DNA of 64,000 bases from an uncultured virus (IMG/VR IMGVR_UViG_3300027747_004168). Lineage: Duplodnaviria > Heunggongvirae > Uroviricota > Caudoviricetes. The translations under genes were made by a program, and so were the position numbers. A model generated the notes under the pieces. The model saw nothing but the letters and a program-made list of their open reading frames with translations. It made no database searches and had not been told where the DNA came from. This document shows, one piece after another, positions 1 to 9,702 of the stretch. The stretch is taken from IMG/VR virus record IMGVR_UViG_3300027747_004168; one strand, given 5' to 3'. Position 1 is the stretch's first letter; each line of letters starts with the position of its first letter.

Positions 1-2
1 TC

Positions 3-125
3 ATCCCAGACCCGTTCTTCGCACTCGACGACAGCCCAGACCCCGGGGGGAACCCAGAGAAGGGAAGGGGCATCCGCGTCCCCAAGGACACCGCCGTGAG
101 GATACTCGCGATCGGAACGCCATGA
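3..125 (+). CDS. 5'-truncated member of paralog family A (C-terminal VPxxxAxxILxxGxP)
   Basis: Frame from base 3 reads ...IRVPKDTAVRILAIGTP*. Confidence 0.7.
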   Translation: MPDPFFALDDSPDPGGNPEKGRGIRVPKDTAVRILAIGTP

Positions 126-186
126 CCGGCCAGCTTTGCGCCCGACAAGAACCGGGCTACAATCATCCCCGAGGAGAACGCGCCCC

Positions 187-570
187 ATGGAACGCGAGGA
201 AGTCGTCACCAAGACCATGGAGGCCCTCGGCCTGCCCATGGCCGCCGCCGTACTCACAGAGGCTCACAGAGGCCCACAGAAGCCCTCGGCTTGTCCGGGA
301 ACACGATCAGCGACTGGGCCGACCTCGAATCTGTTAAGTCTTGACTGGGTTCAACAAATGAACGAAGCACATATATTGATTGAAAAAGTAATAGAGATTA
401 TTGTCTCCGAACGCAAAAGAACCACATTGGAAGTGAAATCTGGTTCTGTTGCGGATGAAACATCGCAAGAAGAAATTCTGAGCATGGCAAAAAATGCAAT
501 TTTTAAAATTGCAAAACTAAAAAGGATCGAATCCATGCTTGGTGATGTTGAAACTCTCCTTGATGATTGA
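187..570 (+). CDS. hypothetical protein with an AT-rich 3' half
   Basis: AGGAG RBS before ATG187; open frame. Confidence 0.55.
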   Translation: MEREEVVTKTMEALGLPMAAAVLTEAHRGPQKPSACPGTRSATGPTSNLLSLDWVQQMNEAHILIEKVIEIIVSERKRTTLEVKSGSVADETSQEEILSMAKNAIFKIAKLKRIESMLGDVETLLDD

Positions 571-934
571 CGGGCGGCACGCTGTATAGACCATATCGCG
601 CTCAAGGAACTGGCCTTCAGGATACTCGCCCCAGGCTCCCTGCCCCCAACGCCCTCCAACCCCTTATTATCGATCCCGTGGGTTCCACGCCCCAAACGCA
701 CCCTCCGGCATGATGCGCCGTGGGTTCCGCGCCCGCCGACATACTGTACGGGCCATCCCCAGCCTCCGCCTCGGACCCCGGACGAGACCGCCTTGCGGAT
801 CCGAAAGGGCAAGGGGCGCATCAAACGGGTGGAAAGTGGGTTTAGCCCGTCTTTATCGCAGCGCATTTTACCGCCCCATACCGCAGTGCCGCACGCGACC
901 CCCCGCATTTCAGGCGATTTCAGGCGATTCCAGC

Positions 935-1665
935 CATTTACATCATGTTACATGGCCTTTTACATCATGTTACATCATGTCGGGGCCTTCTGATCCCATC
1001 CGAGCCGCGTCCCGCGGGCCCTAGGGGATAAAATGGCATGTTACATCATGTGGAACCCCTCCGACATCATGTAGAACGCCTTTGACATTATGTCGGGGGC
1101 TGTTTGACATCATGTAGAACGCCTTTGACATTATGTCGGGGGCCGTTTGGTCCCATCTGAACCGCGGGTCGCGGATTGGAGGGGATAACATGGCACAGAT
1201 GGCGAGGTGCATCATTTAAGTCGTGTTACATTGCCTTTACATCATGTACGGGGTGGTTTCGCACAAATCTGGGCCTTGCATTATGTCGGGCTCGTTTTTT
1301 TCCGAAGTGCGTTCTGTGTGTTTGGGGGTTTTCCTGGTGAAGTGTGGTGCCGTCTGGTCCCTTCTGTGCCGCGTGTCGCGGATCTGGGGGGCTGTGGTGG
1401 CTTCTGGGGGGGTCTTTTGTGTGTTGGGGGTGTCGGTGGCCCTTTTCATGGTTTACGGCCTTCTGTGGCGTTCTGTGGGGCTGTGGTGGGGGGTCGCACA
1501 AATCTGGGGTGTGCATTATGTCGGGGCTTGTTTTTGTTCCCTTGGGTTTTGTGTGTTTGGGGTTTTCCTGGTGAAGTCCTGCACAAATCTGGGGTTGGTT
1601 TTTTTGTGTTGTTTTGGGTTGTTCCCTTGGGTTTTGTGTGTTTGGGGTTTTCCTGGTGAAGTGTG
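935..1665. repeat. iteron-like repeat cluster, putative replication origin
   Basis: Many ACAT(C/T)ATGT units; 38-bp direct repeat 1063-1100/1106-1143; 42-bp direct repeat 1536-1577/1621-1662; several GCACAAATCTGG; skew flips here. Confidence 0.6.
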
Positions 1666-1673
1666 GGTGCATG

Positions 1674-1702
1674 AAAAAACCCCGGTTTGTGGCCGGGGTT
1701 TT
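1674..1702. terminator. intrinsic terminator hairpin
   Basis: AAAACCCCGG-loop-CCGGGGTTTT downstream of the minus-strand gene ending at 1729. Confidence 0.6.
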
Positions 1703-1728
1703 GTGTGGGGTGGGGTTGGGTGTGGTTT

Positions 1729-1890
1729 TCAGTTCTGAGTCTTGTCGTCTTCGGCTTCTTTTCGTCGTTTTTCTTTGAAGTCGTTCCAGCGGCGTTCGGC
1801 GCGGCTGGTTTGTCTTGGGAGTCTGGGGTCGAAGCCTGTGTTCTTTACGGGTTTTGTGGCTCTGTTCTCGAGCCAGGTGCTGAATTTCAT
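1729..1890 (-). CDS. small hypothetical (MKFSTWLE...), late-type
   Basis: Overlaps the stop of 1887..2225; basic 53-aa ORF. Confidence 0.55.
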   Translation of the reverse strand: MKFSTWLENRATKPVKNTGFDPRLPRQTSRAERRWNDFKEKRRKEAEDDKTQN

Positions 1891-2225
1891 ACTTTTACTC
1901 CTGCTTGTGTGAGTAGGTTCGAGAGGAACTCGTCGTAGACCTTGAGGATGGTGTTGTTTTTGTGGTAGCCGGCGAGGATTGATAGTTTGTGCGGGAGTTC
2001 TCCGTGGAATATCTTGTGCAGGTCGTCGACGGCTTTGAGTGCCTGTGGTTCTGTGATGTTGTTGAGTTCGTAGTGGGTGAAGTTTTTTGGTGTGAAGTCT
2101 TCCTGGTTTGTGCGTGTTGGGAACTTGCTCATTTTTGTGTCGACGACGCGCATGCTCGGTTCTTCTAGGTGTCTGGCGGCGTCGCCTTCCTGGATGAGCT
2201 TTTCCATTTGTCGGAAGTTGTGCAT
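1887..2225 (-). CDS. hypothetical protein
   Basis: Protein-like composition; TATATA 5 nt upstream of ATG. Confidence 0.6.
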   Translation of the reverse strand: MHNFRQMEKLIQEGDAARHLEEPSMRVVDTKMSKFPTRTNQEDFTPKNFTHYELNNITEPQALKAVDDLHKIFHGELPHKLSILAGYHKNNTILKVYDEFLSNLLTQAGVKV

Positions 2226-2281
2226 GGTGGTATATAGGTTTTTGCTCGAAGGATTGTGTGTATCTGGGAGGCGTGTGGTTT

Positions 2282-2563
2282 ATGGAAGAGTCGTTCATGC
2301 TCGAGGTGGTTGAGTTCATGGCTGGGTTGGGTTTGTCGGACCTTCCCGGGTCTGGCCTTCGGTTTCCCGCGTCGGGTTGGGATCGGCTTGACTGTTGTCA
2401 TGCTTGTGTCTGGCTTTCCTTTCGGGGTCATGTCCTTCCGGATCATCTTGTTTCGAGGATGTTGTTGGGGCCGCCGGATCCGCTGGTTTCGTTGTGGGTT
2501 CGGTGTGGTCATCATTTGGTGGTGGCTCCTGGGGTTGTGTCGTTGTTTGATTTGGCGGGGTAG
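2282..2563 (+). CDS. hypothetical, weak family B member
   Basis: Motif promoter at ~2245; LPDHLVSRMLLG resembles the family B LPxxxHNxM. Confidence 0.5.
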   Translation: MEESFMLEVVEFMAGLGLSDLPGSGLRFPASGWDRLDCCHACVWLSFRGHVLPDHLVSRMLLGPPDPLVSLWVRCGHHLVVAPGVVSLFDLAG

Positions 2564-2574
2564 CACAAATCTGG

Positions 2575-3111
2575 GTGGTTTGTGTTTTGGGGTTTGTTTC
2601 CTTCTGTCTTGGAATCCTGGCCGTGGTTGTTTCATCGAGGAATGGTTCCGAGCGTTTGTTGTTCGGTGAGTTTTTGGGTTCTTTGGGGAGGTTGTCTTGG
2701 GATCCCTGTGTCTCTAAGGATCCTGGTTGGGAGTTTTCCTCGTTGGTTTCTGCGTTTGGGGTTTCTTCGAGGGAGTCGTGTCGGTGGGTTTCGCACTGGT
2801 ATCGTCTGGTTGGTCACGAGTTTGACTATGAGCCTGTTGTTCGGGCGTATGTGATGCGTTGTCTGGGGCACAGTTTGGACAGGGGGTTGGTGTTTGGTTT
2901 CCCCCGGCTTTTGCCTGTTTGCGCGCTGGTGTTTTTTGGGGGTCGGTGGCGGGACTGTGAGGGGGTGGTGTCTGGGGATCACGGTGCTTGTTATCTGTAC
3001 GCTCGGGTTTTGGGGGGTCGGTTGCCGGTTGTGATGCACAATCGGATGGTGATGGAGAGTTATTTGGGCGAGTCGTATTTCATTCGGCGTTATTTGTCTG
3101 ATTTTTGTTGA
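2575..3111 (+). CDS. paralog family B (YA..V..GRLP..HN.M); start uncertain
   Basis: GGRWRDCE, YLYARVLGGRLPVVMHNRMVMES. Confidence 0.65.
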   Translation: MVCVLGFVSFCLGILAVVVSSRNGSERLLFGEFLGSLGRLSWDPCVSKDPGWEFSSLVSAFGVSSRESCRWVSHWYRLVGHEFDYEPVVRAYVMRCLGHSLDRGLVFGFPRLLPVCALVFFGGRWRDCEGVVSGDHGACYLYARVLGGRLPVVMHNRMVMESYLGESYFIRRYLSDFC

Positions 3112-3255
3112 TGTGGTATGTTCTAAGGAACCCGGTTGGGGTGGACTGTTGGTTGTCGCCCGATGGAGGGTGGCGGGCAGGCTCGAAGAAAGTCTGCCGT
3201 GGTGGAATGGAGTTTGTCGGGCGGTTGTGTCCGACCTAACTAGGAGACCCTTTCG

Positions 3256-4347
3256 ATGGCCGACACTTTGATTGAGAAGGGCAACCCGATTTCTGGCGAC
3301 CTCATTTCGGAGGTTCGGGCGTGCCGTGAGGTGGATCAGCCGATGCTGGTGTTCGGTGCCCCTGGCGTGGGCAAGAGCGACCAGATTCGTTCCAGTGCGG
3401 ACGAGGACGATCTGGTGATCGACCTCCGGCTCAACAGTTTGGAGGCCATTGACATGCGCGGCCTTCCGGTCATCCGTAAGGACGAGAACCGCAATCCTTT
3501 GGATGTGCAGTGGGTTCGTCCCGAGTTCCTTCCTTCGGAGGCGGGGATCGTGGTGGGTGGCAGGTGCTACACGAAGGGGATTGTGTTCCTCGACGAGTTG
3601 AACACGGCCCAGCCGTCTGTCCAGAATCCTGCTTTGCAGTTGGTTCTGGATCGTCGGATTGGCAAGCACGAGCTTCCGCGTTCGTGGTACATCTGTGCCG
3701 CGGCGAACCGTGCGGAGGATCGGGCCCACACCTATCCTTTGTCGGCGGCGTTGCTGGATCGTTTTGCGATCTATGACTACACGCCGTCGCACCAGCACTG
3801 GACTTCGTGGGCGATGCGGACGGGTGTTCACCCCGATGTGATCGGCTACATTTCTTTCAGTCCTTCGGCGTTGCTGTCGCCCCGCAAGGACGAGTATTCG
3901 GCCTCGGCCAATCCTCGTTCGTGGGTGGTGGTGTCTCGTCGGCTCAAGGCTGGTCAGAAGAGTTCGCACCAGATCCGTGCGTGCGTGGGTTCGCAGGCGT
4001 CGGAGTTTTGTGCCTATCTCGAGGTGTGTGCTTCGTTGCCCAACATCGCCAAGTTGGTAGCGGGCAAGGAGACTTTCACCGAGGATCGGCGGAAGATTTC
4101 GGTGGCCTATGCGGTGGCTAACGCGGTGGCGTCCCATCTCATGCAGCATGACGATCCGAAGTCGGTGGTGGAGAACTGCGTGAAGGTGGTGGCGGGCATT
4201 TCGCCCGAGCCGGCCTCCCTGTTCTTCCGCCGTGTGATGTTGTCTGGCAACGAGAAGTTGAAGTCCATGCTGTTCCACAGTCAGGCGGTGACGAAGTGGA
4301 TCAAGGACAACAGCGAGTTGCTGCACGGTGCGATCACCGTGACCTGA
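3256..4347 (+). CDS. MoxR-like AAA+ ATPase
   Basis: Walker A GAPGVGKS, Walker B IVFLDE, AAAN sensor, LLDRF arginine finger. Confidence 0.9.
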   Translation: MADTLIEKGNPISGDLISEVRACREVDQPMLVFGAPGVGKSDQIRSSADEDDLVIDLRLNSLEAIDMRGLPVIRKDENRNPLDVQWVRPEFLPSEAGIVVGGRCYTKGIVFLDELNTAQPSVQNPALQLVLDRRIGKHELPRSWYICAAANRAEDRAHTYPLSAALLDRFAIYDYTPSHQHWTSWAMRTGVHPDVIGYISFSPSALLSPRKDEYSASANPRSWVVVSRRLKAGQKSSHQIRACVGSQASEFCAYLEVCASLPNIAKLVAGKETFTEDRRKISVAYAVANAVASHLMQHDDPKSVVENCVKVVAGISPEPASLFFRRVMLSGNEKLKSMLFHSQAVTKWIKDNSELLHGAITVT

Positions 4348-4456
4348 GCAAAGTGTCGGCCTTGCCCCCTCCCCCCTGGTTTCTTTGGGGGAGGGGGCGG
4401 GGTCTTTGCTCGAAGGAACCTCGGTCTTTTGGAACAGGGTGCAAGGAGACACGACC

Positions 4457-5731
4457 ATGACTGCGACTGCCAATCCCCGTATCGCCAAGTTCGAGAAGGA
4501 CCTCAAGGTCATCATGCTGGCGTTCGCCCGCGAGTTCCCGTTTTGGGGTGTGATTTCGGAGCGTTGTCGTTTCAGCGTGACCGAGAACAAGGGTCTGTGC
4601 GACACGGCCTGCATCACGCCCACGGGTCACATCATCTTCAACATGGACTTCTACGAGGGTCTGACGCAGAGGCAGTTCCTCTTCCTCGTCGCCCACGAGA
4701 TCTGCCATTTCATCTTCGAGCACGCCGGTCGCAAGGGTTCGCGTGACCATTTCCTTTGGAATGTCGCCACGGACTTCGCCATCAACCTCATGCTCAAGTT
4801 CCAGTTTGAGAAGCCCGACTTCTTGCTCAAGGACATCATGCTTGACGAGAAGTACGAGGGCTGGACTGCGGAGCGGATCTACGAGGACGTGGTGAAGAAC
4901 CCGCCGAAGAAGCCCAAGGTGTATGTCCTTGACTTGTCGGATGACGGTGCGGACGGGGAGGACGGCGAGGGCGAGGGCGAGGGCGAGGGCCCTGGCTCTG
5001 GCGACATTGTGGTGATCCGCGACCGTCGCGTTCCCCTGCCGAAGAAGGACAAGGGCAAGAGCGACGAGCAGCACCGGCAGGAGGTGAAGGACTGGATCCG
5101 CAACGCGATCTGCGAGGGCTATGCCACGGCGAAGTCGCAGGGTTCGATGCCGGCGGGCATGGAGCGGGTGATCGTGGGTCACTTGAAGCCGAAGGTGAAC
5201 TGGCTGCAGGCACTTCGCCAGCGGTTGCGGTTCGGTGCCTCCCGCAAGGCTTCCCGCGACATTACATGGACTGTGCCGAATCGGCGGTTCCTCGGTGCGT
5301 CCTACATCTTCCCGTCGAACATCGGCCCCGACCAGCCGAAGATCGCGTTCGCCATCGACACTTCGGGTTCCATGAGCGAGGCCGACTTGAAGCAGGCTAT
5401 CGCGGAGTTGGAGGACATTCGCAAGCAGTTCAACGCGCAGGTCTACTTCCTCGACTGCGATGCGGGGGTGTATGAGTCGCGTTGGATCAGTCCCTACGAA
5501 CCCCTGCCGTGTTTGCAGGGTGGCGGCGGGACCGACTTCGCCCCCGTGTTCTCGCATCTGATTGAGAAGCGAATCCAGCCCGATTACTGTGTGATGTTCA
5601 CCGATGGCTACGGCAACTTCGGTGACGATCCGACGCAGAAGTTCGATGTGCTTTGGGTCATCACGAATCAGGAGGTCAAGCCTCCGTTCGGAGAGGTGAT
5701 CCGCGTGAGCGTGGACAACGACAGCAACTAG
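4457..5731 (+). CDS. DUF2201-type HExxH metallopeptidase-like plus VWA domain protein
   Basis: AHEICH, WNVATDFAIN, MIDAS DTSGSM, GGGGTDF, FTDGYG; typical partner of the upstream AAA. Confidence 0.9.
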   Translation: MTATANPRIAKFEKDLKVIMLAFAREFPFWGVISERCRFSVTENKGLCDTACITPTGHIIFNMDFYEGLTQRQFLFLVAHEICHFIFEHAGRKGSRDHFLWNVATDFAINLMLKFQFEKPDFLLKDIMLDEKYEGWTAERIYEDVVKNPPKKPKVYVLDLSDDGADGEDGEGEGEGEGPGSGDIVVIRDRRVPLPKKDKGKSDEQHRQEVKDWIRNAICEGYATAKSQGSMPAGMERVIVGHLKPKVNWLQALRQRLRFGASRKASRDITWTVPNRRFLGASYIFPSNIGPDQPKIAFAIDTSGSMSEADLKQAIAELEDIRKQFNAQVYFLDCDAGVYESRWISPYEPLPCLQGGGGTDFAPVFSHLIEKRIQPDYCVMFTDGYGNFGDDPTQKFDVLWVITNQEVKPPFGEVIRVSVDNDSN

Positions 5732-5766
5732 GCTCTAAGGAAGTCTCCCTTCTAGGAGTTCGTGGC

Positions 5767-6099
5767 ATGGTCATCGACAAGGTTCTCAACACTGACGGCA
5801 GGGGCTACTGGAGTTCCGAGTCGCGTGCGGTTCGGTTGGTCGGCCTCGACATCCTGCCTTACGAAGACGGCGGGTGCGAGTTGAGGGCGATCTTCGACAC
5901 TTCCACCTGGGATGTGGAGCGGCACGGCCTGATCTACACCGACGAGCGGTTCGAGCTCGAGCTTCGGGAGTTCCTGGGTTCTCTCGGCCTGCCCGCCCGC
6001 ACGGTGCGGTACAGCGAGCAGGGGATGCAGGGGGACGACTATGTGTCGTTCGACGCCGGGGCCGGCTTCGCGGACGCCTGGGGTTCGGCCACGGTCTAA
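5767..6099 (+). CDS. hypothetical phage protein
   Basis: Motif promoter and AGGAG; YSEQGMQGDDYVSFD. Confidence 0.7.
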   Translation: MVIDKVLNTDGRGYWSSESRAVRLVGLDILPYEDGGCELRAIFDTSTWDVERHGLIYTDERFELELREFLGSLGLPARTVRYSEQGMQGDDYVSFDAGAGFADAWGSATV

Positions 6100-6127
6100 G
6101 AAACCCCTTTCCAAGGGAGTGCATGCC

Positions 6128-6400
6128 ATGGAAGTCCGAAGCCTGACGTCGATCTGGAATGTGGTGACCAAGTTCGCCCAGAGGGGCATGGATCCCGCGG
6201 GGCACATCGAGTCCTTCCTGGTGAACGTCGAGCAGTTCCTCGAGGGGTCGGCCGGCGAATCCCACGAACCGTACCATGTTCGGGAGCTCTGCCAGAAGCT
6301 CGACCAGTTCAGCGCCCAGCCTTACGCGGATGTTCCCGAGGAGCTTCTGGAGAGGCTCAACAAGGCCGCGTCCGAGATCCGAAAGCTCATTCAGGAGTGA
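6128..6400 (+). CDS. hypothetical
   Basis: Motif promoter at ~6094. Confidence 0.65.
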   Translation: MEVRSLTSIWNVVTKFAQRGMDPAGHIESFLVNVEQFLEGSAGESHEPYHVRELCQKLDQFSAQPYADVPEELLERLNKAASEIRKLIQE

Positions 6401-6404
6401 ACCG

Positions 6405-6602
6405 ATGACATTCGAACCGTACAGGCTTCAGGACATGGGTGGTGAGCGTGCGATCCGCATCCTCTCGACCCTTCTCGCGGAGTTGAGCGACATCGACCCG
6501 TCCGAGATGACCACATTCGAGCTCAACATCCTTCGGGCCTGCGCGGAGAACCCGCCGCCGCCGATGACGCCGTTACCGATCCGTCTAGGGAGGTTTCGAT
6601 GA
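6405..6602 (+). CDS. hypothetical
   Basis: AGGAG RBS, coupled to the next gene. Confidence 0.55.
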   Translation: MTFEPYRLQDMGGERAIRILSTLLAELSDIDPSEMTTFELNILRACAENPPPPMTPLPIRLGRFR

Positions 6603-6952
6603 GGAAGGTTAGCGATTCTATCACGCAGGGCGAGCGGCTTCTCGAGGACAAGGTCGGCTCATTGAACGACCATCTCGAGTCCTGCCGAAAGAGGCTCAAC
6701 GAGTTTGCGGACTCGAACGGCGTCGAGGGCGCCCTTCAAACCCCGCACGCCCAGAACGTCGCCCAGTACAGCCATGTGGTCCAGGAGCTCTCGGGGATCC
6801 TGGAGAAAGGGGAGGGCCTTGACGCCGCCCTGCGCCAGTGGATCGGGGTTGCGGTGGCCGAGTTGCGCGACCTGGACACGCCCCGCTGGAAGTCCCTTGC
6901 GACCGCCACGATCCTCGAGGCTCTCCGTGATTGCGTGGAGTTCGAGGGTTGA
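6599..6952 (+). CDS. hypothetical
   Basis: GGAGG RBS, ATGA overlap. Confidence 0.65.
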   Translation: MRKVSDSITQGERLLEDKVGSLNDHLESCRKRLNEFADSNGVEGALQTPHAQNVAQYSHVVQELSGILEKGEGLDAALRQWIGVAVAELRDLDTPRWKSLATATILEALRDCVEFEG

Positions 6953-7125
6953 CCCGGCTCGGTCGTTTCGTGTACAAGACTGGCCCCCGTTTGGGCTGCG
7001 GCGTTCGCCCCTGACCGTCGCAGTTTCGGCCGCGTGGCCGGCGGGGTTCTTATTCCCGGTGCGGGGTTTGGTTTAGGACGGCCTTCCGGACGCACCTTCG
7101 GACGGCCAGGACAACGGAGGTTCTG

Positions 7126-7473
7126 ATGAAGCTCGGATTTATCGCCCTGGTTCTGTGCCTGTGTCTGGCCGGCGTGGCCCATGCCCGTCCGCGTCGAGGG
7201 TACACCTACAACACGACGCCCGCCGCGTCCTACACGACCTCCCACGCGGAGTCCGGCTCCGACCAGGACCGGTGTCAGGCCGAGGCCGAGTACATGGCCG
7301 CCAACGGCATCGCTGGGCATGTGTGGGGGACCATCGGTAGGTTCGAGGGCGTCGGCTACGGCGGCTCCCCCGAGTGCAACACCTGCACGCCCGGCTCCGG
7401 CATGACCCTCACGGGCGACGGCAAGGCCCAGGGGCGGAACGGGATGTGGTATAGAGTTCGGAGCTGGCGGTGA
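7126..7473 (+). CDS. secreted Cys/Gly-rich protein
   Basis: Signal peptide MKLGFIALVLCLCLAGVAHA; GGAGG RBS. Confidence 0.75.
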   Translation: MKLGFIALVLCLCLAGVAHARPRRGYTYNTTPAASYTTSHAESGSDQDRCQAEAEYMAANGIAGHVWGTIGRFEGVGYGGSPECNTCTPGSGMTLTGDGKAQGRNGMWYRVRSWR

Positions 7474-7704
7474 CTACAATACTCGTGGCCTCCGGTTGGG
7501 AGGATGCGATGATTGAATGAAGGATGGTGGGCTTCTCGGCCTGCATTGTGGGGCTGGTCGTAATATTTTATTAGAGGTTTCTGAATAACGGCGGGAGTCG
7601 CTTCGGAGGGTTGGGTGAATCCACCACGCCCTTATCCCCTTCGGAGCGTCCCGCCGTTATTGCTTCCATCCTCTAAGGAACCCTTCCGCCCGGGACTGTC
7701 CTCC

Positions 7705-7998
7705 ATGCCAGTCAAACCCGCGAAGAAGCCCGGCCTGCCGAGGGATGTGGAGAGGCGCATCAGGGATCGTCCCTACTACGCCTACCTCTACGCCGCCAAC
7801 GTCCTGCGTTCCAGGCTCCCGGAGCGGCTCGAGCTGGCGCTCAAGGACGACCCGCACAGCGCCCTCCTGTACGCCCAGAACGTCGTGGGCGGTCGGCTCC
7901 CCGATCCCGTCCACAACGCCCTCGTGATGTACTCCCTCGAAAAAAGGGACGCCGGCGGGCATGTGTCGGAGTACCTCAAGTGGCTGGAGGAAGCGTGA
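7705..7998 (+). CDS. paralog family B
   Basis: YLYAANVLRSRLP...LLYAQNVVGGRLPDPVHNALVM. Confidence 0.75.
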   Translation: MPVKPAKKPGLPRDVERRIRDRPYYAYLYAANVLRSRLPERLELALKDDPHSALLYAQNVVGGRLPDPVHNALVMYSLEKRDAGGHVSEYLKWLEEA

Positions 7999-8600
7999 GG
8001 ATCGGCTTCGAAGTCTCGTCTTTCAAGGGCAGGGCCAAGACGCTCATCAGCGTGCTTGCCGGCCTTCGTTCCGCGGGCGAGTGGCCCCTCCAGCACCACA
8101 GGGAGGTTGAGGAGATCGTCTGCGGCACGCCCAGTTCTGCCCTCAACTACTGCAGGCATGTGGTGGGAGGCTTCGGGGTGTCTGGGGCCGCGGAGCGGGT
8201 GTTCCTGAAGAACCCGGGCATTGGCATTCGCTATCTGTATCTGGTTCACAGGGATCGTTTCCTCGTGGAGGACACGCAGCGTAGGTTCTGGGCGAAGGTC
8301 GTGAAGAGTCCCGATCTGGCCCTCCTGTGGTCGAGGACGTTCAACAAGCGTCTTTCCGAGGAAGAGGAGATGGTGTTCGTTGAGGATGTCATCTGCGCGA
8401 AGGAGTACTCGAGGTTCGTGATCGTCGGTCCTTTCCCGGAGAAGGTCCACCACGCCCTCGTCCTGAAGAGTTTCGGGGGTCTGAACGATTGGGAGACCCG
8501 GGCGGTCAAGGACTACATCAACTGGACTGCCCCCATGATGAAGAGCATGTCAGGGAAGAGGCCGTGGCCGCCGGGGCGATCATCTAAGGAACCAGTCTGA
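7995..8600 (+). CDS. paralog family B
   Basis: AKEYSRFVIVGPFPEKVHHALVLKSF. Confidence 0.7.
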   Translation: MRIGFEVSSFKGRAKTLISVLAGLRSAGEWPLQHHREVEEIVCGTPSSALNYCRHVVGGFGVSGAAERVFLKNPGIGIRYLYLVHRDRFLVEDTQRRFWAKVVKSPDLALLWSRTFNKRLSEEEEMVFVEDVICAKEYSRFVIVGPFPEKVHHALVLKSFGGLNDWETRAVKDYINWTAPMMKSMSGKRPWPPGRSSKEPV

Positions 8601-8615
8601 AAGGGAACATCCGCC

Positions 8616-9284
8616 ATGGAAACGATAACCGTACCGAAGTTCCGCTCGTGCAAGAGGCTCGTCCAGTGGATGGAGCGCAACTGGCACAAGTTCATCAACG
8701 CCGGCGTGCAGGCCCGTCTCTCGCCCGAAAGGGAGCGGGTGTTCCTCACGACGAAGAAGGAACAGCCTAACGACGTGGCCGCGTGCGTGGCGAGCTACGC
8801 TCATTATGTCGGCAGGCTCCCCGAGGAGATCGAGAACCTTCTCCGTGGCCACGGGGACAGCCTCTGCAACTACATCCGAATCGTCCGTGGCAAGGACCAG
8901 GAGGTTCCGCAGGACCTGTTCGACTCGCTCGCCGGCGACAGCAGGAACCTGTACCGAATCGCCAAGGACTGTGGCCGCCTTCCGAAGCATCTCGAGGACA
9001 CGATTGCCGACCCGAGGTACGCCTTCATGTACGCGAAGGAGGTGCTCCGTGGCCGGCTCCCCCGCAACATCGAGGACGTGTTCTTCAAGGACGCATACTT
9101 CGCGGCCAAGTACGCCTTCGAGGTTATCCGTGGTTTCGCCCCCGTGAAGCTTCCCGAGGAACTGCACGCCTTCATGATCATGAAGAGCTTCGAGCAGCCG
9201 GACAACGAGTACATCCGCACCTACATGGAGGCGTCGGAGAGCGACCCGGACAGGGTGGGCAACACGGACAACAAGGTTCGGTAG
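8616..9284 (+). CDS. paralog family B (repeat protein)
   Basis: Three GRLPxxxE repeats; YAKEVLRGRLP; LPEELHAFMIMKSF. Confidence 0.75.
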   Translation: METITVPKFRSCKRLVQWMERNWHKFINAGVQARLSPERERVFLTTKKEQPNDVAACVASYAHYVGRLPEEIENLLRGHGDSLCNYIRIVRGKDQEVPQDLFDSLAGDSRNLYRIAKDCGRLPKHLEDTIADPRYAFMYAKEVLRGRLPRNIEDVFFKDAYFAAKYAFEVIRGFAPVKLPEELHAFMIMKSFEQPDNEYIRTYMEASESDPDRVGNTDNKVR

Positions 9285-9320
9285 TCCCCTAAGGTTCCCC
9301 TTCCCCTTGGAGTCCCCCTC

Positions 9321-9467
9321 ATGTACAGCACAAGCGACTTCGGCAACATCTGCGTTTTCGGCTTCCTGGCCTTCCTGCTGATCGCCCTCCTCGGGCATCC
9401 GGAGGCGTGGGGGATGGTGGGCGGCCTCGGCTTCCTCATCTTCGTCGCCGTCATGCTCCACAAGTGA
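9321..9467 (+). CDS. small membrane protein (48 aa)
   Basis: Two hydrophobic stretches; motif promoter variant at ~9286. Confidence 0.6.
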   Translation: MYSTSDFGNICVFGFLAFLLIALLGHPEAWGMVGGLGFLIFVAVMLHK

Positions 9468-9474
9468 GGCCGCC

Positions 9475-9702
9475 GTGAGTAAAGCGAACAAGGGTTCCAA
9501 GAGGGCTCGAGACAAGGTGATCACGAAGATCTGGTCCGACCTCGAGGAGCTCGAGACCCAGATGACCTCTGGGATGGCCGAGGATCTGACGCTCTCGGAG
9601 CTCATGGCGGTGGACGCCGCGGTGGAGAAGATCCTCACGACGACCACGGGCTGGTTCAACAGGCTGGTGGGAGGTTATATTGCGGGGAAGAGGGCCCCAT
9701 AG
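9475..9702 (+). CDS. hypothetical
   Basis: ORF; its stop overlaps the 5' end of the tRNA. Confidence 0.5.
   Translation: MSKANKGSKRARDKVITKIWSDLEELETQMTSGMAEDLTLSELMAVDAAVEKILTTTTGWFNRLVGGYIAGKRAP

Noticed and set aside
1207..1738. Hydrophobic ORFs in the G/T-rich region
   Set aside because: Low-complexity translations of the repeat cluster, with no RBS or motifs
2632..4623. 663-aa minus-strand ORF (also 32109..34415, 38023..39378 and 55194..57971)
   Set aside because: Shadow ORFs opposite well-supported genes; an artefact of GC-rich codon bias
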